From Ruditapes philippinarum (lineage: Eukaryota): a stretch of DNA of 64,000 bases. Every line of letters starts with the position of its first letter. The first letter of the stretch is position 1. Both the position numbers and the translations under genes were made by a program. The notes beneath the pieces are model-generated. The model worked only from the letters and a program-made list of their open reading frames with translations. It searched no databases and was not told the origin of the DNA. Shown here one piece after another: positions 35,389 through 48,700 of the stretch. The stretch is from the NCBI RefSeq assembly GCF_026571515.1, contig NW_026854188.1:372001-436000 (forward strand), read 5' to 3'.

Positions 35389-38146
35389 CTATAGTCTGTC
35401 CCATTAAAAATGGAAATGAACTTTTGCCTGGTGTGAATTAACAAAACGAGGTTGAATGAAAATTTAACTATTTTTGTAAACTAAAAAAAAGTCACCCTCG
35501 AGATTTTTCAGGATTTTACTCTAAAATGTCTACTTTTCTTGTGAAAGCAAATTTTGATTTCTCTATGGAAAATCTCTGTTGTTTATTTTCCGTAGCCATT
35601 GCCGAAGTACTCCTCATTTGAAGATGAACGGGAGAAAACACGTGTTATGTTTCTAAAATATACATGAGGTTCAGTTCTCGGGGTCGTTTCATGATTATTT
35701 TACAAAGCTGGATCTACAAGATGTAACAGTTTAGTTGCAATGCATGATGAAAAACTTTAAAAAAAATGAAAAATAAGCAACAAGAACACCGAGTCAAATG
35801 GATAAAATATCTCGAAATTACACTTACTTTTAAGCTGAATAGAATTCCTATGAATTTCGGAATAGATATTTATAAACGTCCCATCTGAAGATTCCTTCAT
35901 TGCCAGTATCTATCCAGTTCCGTAGATCCGATTTTTTCTACTTCGAAACTCCTAAATGACTAGTTCTGGCTTCCAAAACTTTATAAGCCGCTTTTTAACA
36001 TTTTTGTTTTTCATCTGATGCGGCATTAAACGTCATGTCATAGTATATAAACGGGTACGCTGAAGACCTTAAGCTACTAAATGACATGACTCCTACACTT
36101 GTCACTTATGATGATCCAGATTTTTTAAACTGTTAATCCGTCTCATTATTAAAACATTGTTCAATTTGTGGAGTTATCTGGGTTAGCAAATGAAATATGT
36201 AAATGAAACACATCATAATTCATTATGTTCCAAATCCATAATTCAAGAACGGACCATCAATTTTAGTTGTCAACATCACGATGCTTATTTACTCTTGAAA
36301 ATGGATTCCAGACGAAACTTTATTACGTCAACAACAATTTACGAAATATATGACGTAACAAAAATGCCTCGCGATTCCAGTTGCGGCATTGACAGAGAGC
36401 GGCTAGGCATTATGTAACCTCAAACAGATAATTTTAAGCGTTGAGATGAATTTGTCTTGATGGAATTTAAAATAATTTTTGTATACCCAGATTTTGCAAC
36501 TTAACTGTAAAAATACACCTTCAATTCATATATGAATAATAAAACTTTTGATAACATTTAGATCATCTAGATAATTTTAAACACACTTAATGACATGAAT
36601 CTACAACAGTACAATACTTCTTCCATTAATTACATATTACATTCGTTTTGATTTTATGTTTTAAACTATTTTACATATTTCTCAGAAATAATTTCCCTAC
36701 ATATAATCTCGTTTTTCATGACTTCTGTAAATCCTACTATTTTAGCTACAAAATATACAATATGCCGTATTTTTCTCCCGCGAAAAATATGCTAGATCTA
36801 TTGTATTTTCACTGAATATTTTTAAATTTTAGGAAGGCTAAAATTATTGAGAAAGTCACTCGGTGTTTCTCTTTGACTCGATCTCCCCTTCATATTAACA
36901 TAATAATTATATGTAACACTTTGAGTCTAAAAAAAACACACTTATTGTCGCTTATTGAACACTCCAATTCAATTTATTCAAACTTATTCTTAATAATATC
37001 AAATCAGTGAAATCACTGACATTTTGTTGAATTGTGAGACGGGAAGTTAAATTTGTATTTACAAACTTAAAGTGTATAGGCCTACGTTTGATTGCTAAAA
37101 CTAGAAAGCATGATATTATATTCTTATAATTTAACATTTTCCTCGAACGCAAGTCTGTGTTCTCTCATTAGCCAGGGAGTTAGTTAAAGTAGACACTGTG
37201 GTAACAAGCAAAGCAATACTGAACATATAGTGAATCAGTTTTCCTTTCTATATATTTTTTGTCAGATTTACATGATAATGTAGTATTTGTTGGCGATTTT
37301 TTGTGAAAGTTGAAACCTACGGAAAGTTTTAGCGCACTCACATCGCACCCGAAATAAGAAGGGCTACTTATTTTTGTATCCCATCGAACCTGGTCAATTT
37401 AATTATTTTTGAATAGAAGTGATACATACTAATGACAAGAAATGTGTAAATGAAACATTAATTAGCGAAGAACAATTTTTTATAGTCTTCTAGCTGGGTC
37501 ATGTGGGGGTTACGTTCATTGAACGCCGCCTTTCCTTGTTGATATTGTTTATCATATTCTAGCTAGTGTTCCCGCTCCCTACGACATGCTGCGGTAAGAT
37601 ACGCACTTTATTGGAAAGCTATCTAATCAAATCACTTCATTGTTCGTTTTTATCTTAAAAAATACGACAGTTTATCATGGTTATTAATTGATGTGTGTAA
37701 GAATTTATAAAGCGGTTAGCGATATTTTAGCTTTAAATGATTTTGATTATTTTAATAATAGTTTGCTAGTAAAATTGCCTTTTTGACACCAACTTTGTTC
37801 TCATTTTTCATTTTAATGATAACATTTAGCTATTGATCAGTAAGTAAATAAATATAATCAAATTTTTATAATTAACGAGTACATTTCACCGTAATTGTGA
37901 GACGAACCCTAAATGACGTCTATATGGGCGCCGCCATTTTGAAATGGACGTCACGTCAGGTTACAACGTAAGTCAACGGGGAAAAATATAATTTTAACAT
38001 TTTGACCATATTACTGACTTTATGGAAAAAATGAAAAACATGCCTAGAGATATTGACGTCAGGGTTAGGATGACATTAATTTAAATGATTTTACTATTAT
38101 ATTAAATAAAAAATGGAATGTTCAAATTTGATGGGACAGACTATAG
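35389..38146. mobile_element. ~2.76-kb non-autonomous TIR element nested in an older repeat
   Basis: TIR CTATAGTCTGTCCCAT(T/C)AAA.. at 35389 and ..TTTGATGGGACAGACTATAG ending at 38146. No transposase ORF inside. The flanks join to rebuild a reverse copy of the 16660-16972 repeat. Confidence 0.8.
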
Positions 38147-39003
38147 CATATTCGTGTAGCTTCATTACTAAATTTATTGGACTTGTTGAATAGTATAATA
38201 TAATTAACAATCGGAGGGCTGCACAATATAATTTCATTGAACTATTTCAATAAATTTTGTATTGAGCCTACACACATTCAATATCATCTATATCTTAGAC
38301 ATTTGTGAAACTACTATGGGCTGCTAAATACTTTAACACAAAGTAGATTTTCATGATAATCAAAAGGAGTAATGTAATGTTTTTGTGTTTCTTAAAAATG
38401 ATCCAAGTTTACTGAACAAGATGAAAAGTAGAAAATTATACCGAAATTCGGCCTTTCCGCTGCTTTGAAAGTATATATTTTCTCAATATTTCTGAAAAAA
38501 TAACTCCAAACAATATTTGTAGGTCCATTTTATCACAATAGTGAGACACAGTAGTACATGAAATAATTGTATTATTTCACAATATGACAAAAATTAACTG
38601 TTTTATCAGCTTCTAACTTTCCCCATTTTTCTCCTCCGCGACACAATTTTCCCCTCTCCATGCCACCATTCAACTTAAACTGAAAAAAGAAGAAGAAAAA
38701 AATACATGTAGCATGTTATAAAGTGTACTTATTAATCTTTACTTGACTGCCTGTATAATCGGTAGAATAGTTTATGCCAAAGGAATGACGGTAGCGTTAG
38801 AGCAGCGAAATCAACACCAAACTTTAAAATTAAAAAAGAATCTGATGGTATCTTTGTTGGGACACGTTATTTTCAGTTTAACATTATAAATAAAACTTAC
38901 GCCAAAAATAGTTCACCCATATTGTTGGATGATATACCGTGGGTGATGTGGATTTTTTTTATCTCACAGGCATATTTTTTGTTGGGATTTACTTCGCACC
39001 AAC

Positions 39004-39145
39004 ACAGTATAATTATGTCATATGGCGACTTTCTAGCTTTACTGGTGGAGGAAGACCTGTTTATATTCTTTGAGGCGTAAATGGGCACCTCGGTAGATTC
39101 GCCGACGTCCCGTAAGCTAGCTAGATAGCTTTCTCACTTGAAAGA
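39004..39145 (-). mobile_element. SINE fragment (same family, reverse)
   Basis: GTCATATGGCGACTTTCTAGCTTTACTGGTGGAGGAAGACC...CCGTAAGCTAGCT..ATAGCTT is the reverse complement of the SINE body. Confidence 0.75.
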
Positions 39146-40239
39146 TGTAAAATACATTTAGAATCTCACTGTTAAGCATAAAGAAAAATATCACAATTGA
39201 TCACGCAGTTTTTATATATAGTATATTAAAGTACAGGGAAAAATCGGAAAATATCAGTTACGTTACTTAACACTACGAGCAATTATGGTTCATTCCGTAT
39301 TTATCCTTTGAACTGTAGAAATCAATTATTGTTTTCTGAAAAGCGTTTTACTAATTCATGTTCCGAAAAAATAGTAACAGTAAACATTATAGCTACAATA
39401 TCACGATGCAGTAATATATGACCGAATGAACCGTGTACCGAATTTTTTGCTGCTCTGAATCGGTATCACCAAATTACGCAACTGAGGTCTTTTTTGGCTC
39501 AAATGGCACACAGTTTTCTCAAGTTTGAATTTCTTGAAATTTTGTGGTTGGAGCCATAAGCTTTATATACTGTTTATTCCAATCATTGAAATGATATGAA
39601 CAATTTTATGTATATCTTGGACTTAAAATGTTTGTTTAACTTACTTTCTGCCCGTACAGGAAAATCTTTGTTGCAGAGGAAATGTTTTCATATACTTACC
39701 AAAACATTAATCGAAAATTGATTATTGAATTTTACAAGAAATTTTTATTTTGATACGACTGTTAATATATATCATTTATTTCAAATTTAGTTTGATAAAA
39801 TAACATAAATTGTTCCCTTTGTAGAAAAATATCCCTTATGCGCCAGAAAAATGTCCATTTCTTCGGCATATGATCTTTCAAAACATTAATAAATAAGTGT
39901 AATACAACTTTAATTATAATACTATATACGATATATATAATAAATTCTATTTTGTAAACTAAATGTAATTTATAAACATTCATTGTGCCTTTTATGCAAA
40001 AATATCTCGAATATTTTCGAATTAAACAAATCTTCAACAGCTGTAAAGGACCTCTCGCATGCTTCTTTTTAAAAAAGCAAACTTGCATACATTGTAGTGT
40101 CGGTGCGCTTAAACACAACCTCCTACGCAATGAAAAAGACGTTTAGGCGTTTTATTGCGATGTAATTGTTTTAGAGGGTATTATTACGGATATTTTTATT
40201 TATATCAGCAATATCTATTCAAACAACGTATAAGTGTTA

Positions 40240-40305
40240 TGATTGGCTGCCAATGATGTAGTGACATGTTCCGCATATAAGAGTATGTATTTAAGAGGCG
40301 CGCAT
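40240..40305 (+). promoter_or_regulatory. Putative core promoter of paralog C
   Basis: TGATTGGCTGCC 100 bp before the ATG, then ATGTAGTGACAT, then TATTTAAGAG at about -63. Confidence 0.5.
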
Positions 40306-40350
40306 CCGGGTTGCATCGTATTTTAACAATATCGTTTCACATTGTAAAAT

Positions 40351-43300
40351 ATGTTGAAAGCCTGGCTGTTAATTCTCTTTTTGGGAGATATTAAATTTGT
40401 GCTTTCGGATGAGCCTTTGTCGCCAAGTTATTTTCAAGAGCTATTGTTGGAGAAAATGACCAAGATAGATTTGAATGTTCAGAAAGTAATGGAAAGATAT
40501 GATAAGATTGATAAAGAAAAGGAACAAGAAAATAACGACATTTCTAGGTAAGAACGGTTTCTCTCCCTTGTTGCAATCAATATCGCGTCAAACTTGTTTA
40601 AGTAATTAGTGTGCAGCGCTCGATATCGTGTCTAAGTTGCTGAAACATTTTTGTAGTACTCAGTGACGTGTCAAATGCTCAGAAAGATTTTTTTATAAAG
40701 CTCAAGTTTCTACTAAGGGGCATTTCAAGCTTTCAGTAAGTACGGCATGCAAAAAAACTCCTTGAATGGCTTTTCGGTACAGAACTTTTCAGGTAGACAT
40801 GTTTGCTACATTATGTTCGGTGGTATTTTGGATAGCGCGTGTGAAAATGTGTTTGTTTTCACTTCGGTGTCTGATTTAAACCATATTCACGAAAATCAAG
40901 GACATTTTCTTTTAATTTATGACTACTAACATAATGACATCAATTTTTGCCTGTCTTTATTGAAGGAGATGACGTCAGACGTTCAACAAATACGCGAACG
41001 CTGCGCAAGCAACAGTAAAAGTATTTAAGTGAAGAAGTGTATTTAAATTGATAATCATGATATTTGGAACAAAACGCAACAAATAACTTTAATGTTAAGC
41101 TACAAATTTACGATATCATTAAAAACATACGCCAAAAATAGTTCGGTAGAGCTTTATCACACGCACTTTGGATGATATGGACTTTATTATACAATATAAT
41201 ATGAGGTTAGTATACATTGTTAAGAACAATACTTAAATCTTTTAGTTTACAAAACAATATTGAATGTGGCAATACCCGAGTCTAATAAAGTTTTCTAGCT
41301 GTGTACTAGTCCAACAGAATCAAGTGTTTAATGAAATCTTTAGTTTATTCCACCATTTGTTTGACATTGTGACAGAACTTTGTTGATTCAAGTACAACAA
41401 GGATTTGATACCTGATTTTTTATTGCTTTTACTTTCAAAAAGGAAAACGAAGCTAGATTGAATATAATATGCATTTCATTTACATAATGTAGATATTTTA
41501 AACTCTGACAATGAAATCGAGGTTATATTGAGATGATATGCACTTAAACTGAACGGTTTGGACTTACAAAATAAAAACAAGCCTATATTGGATACGACAT
41601 GCACTTGGTATGCACTCTTGCGACTCTGGAAATGAAAACGAGACTGAATTGATAATATTTGATCCGATAATGATTTCACCTGGAACGTCACCTGATACTT
41701 AATTTAAATCATTAATTCTTTTTAATACCCTTACATGATATAATTCGTATTTCAGGTTTTCGACCACTGGACAAAAGGTTCTGCTAGTGAAAGATCTTGA
41801 AAAAGATGGATGGAACATGGTATTTCGTGCAACATCAAGTAATGGGCAAAACGTTTTTGACGCATGGACAAAAGGTGCTTATTATACTAAAATAATCGAA
41901 TTTATATTATATTAATATAGATTTTAATGTAATTGTATTACAACATTATGGACAGAAAATAAATGCGACATAATGTTGCATCTAAAGATATACACTGTAT
42001 CGACGAAGGGAGTCACGTGATCTGTAGTAGGTAAACATACCCACGGCCCAGCGTTTATGTATTTTTAATACATTTAATTTTGCTACAATTTCTTAGCAGT
42101 CAACAAATTTAAGTTTTTTTACTGACAAATAATAGAACAGACACTAAAAACTCACACATCATCTGAAGGAGGAGATGGGGTGCATGCCAGGACTTAAGTG
42201 GACTGCAGGAGCTCTCATTCTGTTTAACAGAAACATTTCTTTAACCCAAGACTTATGCTAAAATAGTTTTACATTCGGTTTTCAAATAATTTTTGTTTTT
42301 TTTCTTTTCATCAGTTTTTGAACTACTTGTAAATATCAATTTCTTTCTTTTTTCTTTTTTATTGGAGAAAAAAATACACTTATGAAATTTAAACTTGAAT
42401 TAAGTATTCAATAAATATTTGCTCTTTATCTGTAAAAGTCCTCTGTGAACCCCTACCTACAAAAATGTTTAAATATGGACCAAAATCATTTTTCTCAAAC
42501 TTATGAGAAAATTTCCTCACAAGATGTTTTCTTCAAAAATATGACTAATGAATTTAAAAAGCAATATTTGGAAGGTATGTTGATAATTAAAATGTTCATA
42601 TACCCTGTCAGAAAGTTTCAGACTAATTTGTTATATACCATCAGATACAACATCTAATTATGGTGGCTGATTTGGTACACTTTTGTGCGTCGTGTTTTCG
42701 CTAGCGACAGCACGATAAAGTGCCAAACGGAGCTAGTGGCGACGACAAGTCGACAGTGCGACAACGCGCAAAATATATATAAAAAAAATGACAACCCTTT
42801 ACCTTTGATGACACCTGATTTTAGCGACAAGCACTAGCTCGGAAGTAGCGATAGAGTAATTTTTCGTATACCTCCGAAAGAGGTAGCTTTATCAATGCGC
42901 ATTTACCAGGCGTGTAATAAATACCACAGAAAGGCTTTATCATTAAAGCTGTTTTGTACATACTACTATATGTCTTGCCTATCTTGTCATATTTTTATGT
43001 AATATACAAGATCTACCATGTCAATGTGATATTACATTGAAATTCAATGATGACAGATCTTTTGTGTGCGTGTGCTGTTGTTGGTGTTGTTGTTTTCCTT
43101 TGGCTACGAACACAACAGTAGTTTAAAATGCATTTACAATATTCATTAACGCAATGGAAATTATTAATGGATACATACAACATGGAAATAGCCTTGTAAG
43201 TTTATCATCAGTTATTTTTTGTGGTCAAGATGTGTGTTTTCTTTCATTTTCTATTGTAAATTGTAATATTTACAACTTGTTTACTAACTTAAGTTACATG

Positions 43301-43961
43301 ACTGGCGGGTCGATCGTAGGAAGAATATAAGATTATAACTTTCTAAGTCACCATGCACATACTGACGTTATTGCGATTGTAGTTTATTAATAGTTTATTA
43401 ATAGTGTTTTTAATAATTTAGTAATTTATATAACTAATTATATCTCGTTATTCAGGGATTGGCATTTGCTCTGACAAACCAAAATCTATGGTACGATCGT
43501 ATTCAAGTCACTACAGAAACAATGTTGTCTCAAACTGGGCCAATATTGGAGTAAAGTATGTCAAATATGCGTACTACGAAAACAACCAGGAAGTAGCCTA
43601 CGTCATATTCAACGGATCCGGAAGTGATATCAACTCTTGGTTTGACAAACACCGTATTATTGCATCAAGCTACACAGACCTTACAACAACCCAGAAGTAC
43701 AACTTTTTCTCGGTCGTTGGAAATTACGTTCCAAAAAGCCGGGAACGTCGCTTTTTCATCAATACATTATATAACACATGTGCCGGAGACTCTGGTTATC
43801 TGGTCGTTTCGGAAGATGAACCTCCCAATAATCTTTGCAGTTGGGATAAACATGCGAGTTATCCACAATTTTTATACTCGAAGATTAACTCCGTCGACCT
43901 CTGGGGCAGTCAATTGTTTGGAAGAGCCGACTATATGGCGATTTTCGTCAAAACTGAATAG
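40351..43961 (+). CDS. Uncharacterised secreted protein, paralog C, 3 exons, 273 aa
   Basis: Exons 40351-40547 (MLKAWLLILFLGDIKFVLSDEP...TCTAG|gtaag), 41756-41874 (ttcag|G FSTTGQKVLLVKDLEKDGWNMVFRATSSNGQNVFDAWTK G|gtgct) and 43456-43961 (ttcag|GG IGICSDKPKSMVRSYSSHYRN...FGRADYMAIFVKTE*). Total 822 nt, in frame. Confidence 0.9.
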
Positions 43962-44695
43962 ACAGAAACTGAGTATTCAGTATTTTAATGCGGTGTTTGA
44001 ATCAAGCGAGTTTTAATTTATACGTAAGCTTAACTTAGCCCATTGAATTAAGACTAAAATTTCGTTCTTACGAAAATTGATCGTCAGATTCACTGCATCA
44101 TAATAATTTAAAGATATATTAGTTAAATTAAAACAAATGATTATATACATGTATAGTTACGTGTACTACAAACTAGAAATACTTGTATTTACTTTCTTGA
44201 TGAAAATTATGTTAAAATAACAATTAAGCGTAGCAAATACTTTTCAAAGATTCTCAATATTTATTGTTAGACATTTTAAACAGTTATTTATTTATGTACT
44301 GAATATTTGTTTATCATATTCTAGTATTTGATAAAGTTCTTATCAGAATTAGTGAGGTTCCGGTAAGTTTTAAGTGGCTAATTACTTCCTTCCTTACCTA
44401 CGATACTGTTCAGTTTCCAATAATTGTTCCCCTTTACATTGTACCTACATGCGATAAACTCAAAACACGTTGTTTAAGAATCGTACTAATATTTTTCTTT
44501 CCATGAAAAAAGATACGAAAACAACTCATTAATGAATAAATTGTTAAATAAAATGACATTTTTGATAATGACATAATATTTTCAATTATCCTTTAATCTT
44601 AAGCATCTCCCCACCAAATGCATGTGCATTTTTCTGAAATCTGTAAAATTGTTTGCATGACTGAACATTTTTTACAAATTATATCATTTACCCTT

Positions 44696-44815
44696 TCATG
44701 TGAGGGAGCGTCAGTGGTTCTACCCAGGTGCCAGTTCGTGCCTGAAATAATTCCAAGTAAAGTTGGAAAGTCTCCATATGATTTTTGTAGTGTCGGTGCG
44801 CAGCAAAAATAACAC
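44696..44815 (+). mobile_element. SINE fragment (same family, internally deleted)
   Basis: TCATGTGAGG...GTGGTTCTACCCAGGTGCC.GTTCGTGCCTGAAATAAT...GGAAAGTC.CCATATGA. Confidence 0.7.
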
Positions 44816-45786
44816 ATGTTAGTTAGTTAGTTTTGTAATGTTGACTAAAATATTTATACAAAGGTAACATTTCTTTGTTACAGTATAAAACCTGGTCACG
44901 TGACCTTATTTATTTTCTCGATTCAGCCCCTTATTTTTTGAAGTTCATCAGGAAGGGGCATCACCAGGATGACTATGGCACCGAAAAATGTAGTTCTTTC
45001 CTCTTTTCGCGTCTTAAAAGTCTTTTGGTTGAAAGATCAAAAACTGAACATTTGTTTTCATCGGAATTTATTTCATCGGAATAATTATGTGCAAAATGAA
45101 ACAAGCAGACAATTAAAGCTTTAACAAAGGATTATTTAAGAAAATTAATGAGTGAAACATGACAGGTGTGGTAGACGGATGTAGGATATTATTGTAGATG
45201 AACTTTGTCAAAAAACCATGTGAATAATACTCTGGATAGGACCAGGTTTCACAGATCATAACCGTATAAATGTATTTGTGTTTTTATTGAGGTTTTGTTT
45301 CTAAATTAACCACAGCTTATTGTATTTTTTTGACTGATTTATATCATCCTTTGCTTAAAGAATAAAATAATAACTTTTCAAATCTACTTACAACTTGCAA
45401 GGTAAGTGAATTATTGCTACTTTTGGTATGATTTTGATCATTACAGTCAGTATTTGTTCGGGGCAATAAATTAAATTATTGTTGTTTTTAGTTTTCGGAA
45501 AACATAAATTTACACTAAATGATGTGTTTTTGTTGTGGTTGAAAATCGACTAGTTTGCAATTAAAATTTCCATTATCTCAATTTTATGAATGCTATTTTA
45601 GGACTTTTACAATGAACTATATGTTTTGTTAATGATGTTTATTAAAATCGGTTGACAATGGCATTATATATATGACTATAAGATATTTCCCATTTCGACC
45701 GGTAAGTCAGTACTGGCATAATTTTTGCTCAGTCTTAACATAATATCATGATAGTTCTACATGTTCGTAATGTTTTAAATGGCGTA

Positions 45787-48700
45787 TTATTGTAATGTGT
45801 TGTGTGTACGGCATTGGTCACTTGAATTGTTTGGATCAGATGGCTGTGACCTGCTCGGTACTGTCATGTTTTCATCGACTTTAGTCCGGATAGCATGAAT
45901 CTGAAATAAAACATATTAATTAATACTAGTTCTTGATTTAAATATGAAGAAAGTCCCGACTAATTGGATTGAACCCTGATCAAGAGAAGATTTTAAAGGG
46001 TGTAAATCTATACATTATGAAATATTTAAATAGAATTTATCAACAGTAAAATCATATTATGTTCCATTATTATATAGGTGATTCCCGAAAAGTAAACATG
46101 GAATGTGTCTCTTATTTAATAAACAAGACTAATTTACGTAAACAGAATAGATGTTTCGAAACAAAATATCATTTTGCCATTTTATGTAGGGTTTTTATCC
46201 GTGTGCATGCACCATTCGCTCTTAAGGCAATTAATAACCATATTTATTTCATACAAGCATTTTGGAAGTATACTTTTTTTAAATTTCAACCAATAACTTT
46301 TGCATCAGATATTTAGCTTTATACACTTTAATAAATATATTCTCTCATTTGTTTGTAAAGAAAATAAAAGCAAAACGTAAAGAATATTAATTTCTTAAAT
46401 GTGAAGCTTACATTGAAGATTCAGAAAATACAGAAACACAGCAAAATAGCATTTCTTAATTACAGTTCTTTTTAAATGATGATTCATCCAAATTCTGAGA
46501 AGTATGGTTTTTACCTTTGGTAAAAAAATGACAATTTCAATGAGAGTCGTTCCAATTAATAGACAAGCTGTCGTCACCCCGTATACCAGATCTTCATTGC
46601 CCTCCAGTAGAAGTGAAATAGTTAAACCAACCGCACTGAGAATTACAACGTTATAAATACACAAACCAATCTCATGCGAATCATTCAATGCTTCGATTTT
46701 AACCTGTGTAATGTAAGATGAAATATACAATTTAAAAAGAATGATGATAAAAAATTATTTTCATTTCAAACTATTTATATTATACCGTACATATATAGAG
46801 TGTTTAAGCCAAATAGAATACAATTGCAAAACGTCTAGGAGTTAAATAATTATAAAAGGCTACAGATGTTTTTTTTATATTCTATTGGCAAAGTATATTT
46901 AAAATTTTGATCTCAAAATAATTTAAAATACATTCTTTCTGTATCATTTAAATAAATTATGAAATTCTCTATGAAATTTGTTTTTTACTTTTCTTGTTTC
47001 CCATGCTAGGAACGATCCAAAGGTTAGCAATATACCATGGGTGATGTACAAAGCCCATTCAAAATATTTGGAATATTTCGACTCGCACATCCTGACATAT
47101 GGTCTTACTTCAACGCCATTATTAAGGGTGTATACCTTCAACGAAAACGATAGGAAATATTTATTGCAGAAGCTTCTCCAGCATATTTCTTTCGATTCGA
47201 TTCATCATTTAACAAAGTGTACGAAATATCAAGTATATGTAATTCTACCTTGGCTTATTCTGAATTTAAATTTGTTTTCACTTTTCTATCAATTAATATA
47301 GTATCAATATGTTTCAAATTGTGAATTGTGATTGCTAATTTAGAATCATTCGCAGACAATAGAAATATAAGATCGTTGGTAATGCTTTTGTAAAGTATCT
47401 GCTTCTCGTAGTATCCTTTCGATGCGAATTTTATAAAGTAACAATGACACATTAACTAGCATATTGATAAACAATATAAATATAGGTTGGGCCCCGAAAT
47501 TGTTGTTTATAAATTTTGGCCAAACCCTTTTCAGTTACATTAATGTATTTATGTATAATATGTAAATATATATAATAAAATATGTTAAAACTTAACTATT
47601 TAACACAATTCAAAATCAATAAAAAGCGTTCATACCTCATTCGGTAGGAACATTTTGGTAGTTTTGTGAGGGCTTAATGTTTCCCATAGTATCAGAACGA
47701 CAAGTTGCACCGCCACCAAACCCACTAAAACAATCAGCAGCTGGTAGTCCTTGATTGCCTGTCATACAATAATGTTTCAATGAATAATGATAAACACGGT
47801 TTATATCGGAGGCCTATGATCGCTTGTCGGAAACGTGCGAGGTATGTGGTAGTTTTAATTATTGTCAAGATGATAATTGAGGCTAACTTTATTTTATAAT
47901 ATGTAAAGTATGTTTAAATATATGTATACAATATATAAAAACTATAACTGGCATAAAAAAATAATAAAAAAATACATTGTATCTGTAGTACTAGAAAGAA
48001 AGAAAACAGATAAAATTCAAATGTTGGATTGAAAATGGTATAGGCTCCGTTGTAATGTATGCAAATAATCACACACGCTCAACTTCCTACATACGCCGAC
48101 TTACGAGGGGAAAAATATTCATAAAACAAACAAACAAAAAACATGTTTTATATACCAAGAACAATGGACAAATAAGTATATCTCATGAACCTCTGATAAA
48201 ACAAAGTATTTTGATCATGATACATGATGTATAGTAAAACAGTAACATTTTACCCGTTTAAGAAGTCTCTTATTGGTAAATATCCTATAAACTCTCCAAG
48301 TTTTTGAGAACAAGGCGCCAAATGTAATCGTGAATCCAAGACTAAAACTAAAAATTCGGGCCTGAAAATTAATAGAAAAATTTTGAGTTAGACGCAGTAG
48401 TTCAAAGGAACGTATTATCATATTTGGAAAAGTCTATGTTGAAATATCGTTCATTTTTCATTTTATATTTTCGGTTTGAAGGTTTCATTTGTTATTTCTT
48501 GTACCGCTTCCGTTTTCATTTGGAACATCTTAATCCGAAAAGTTTCGACTATTATCATATAGTTGCTTCTATCTCTGGTTACATTGAAAATGGCACTGTA
48601 CAGCTAGATATAACACTGAACAGGTCAGTGATGGGAACAGAAATCTATATATATTTAATTGTTTTTATTTGATTTCCTTTTAGATATACACCTGTAGTCT

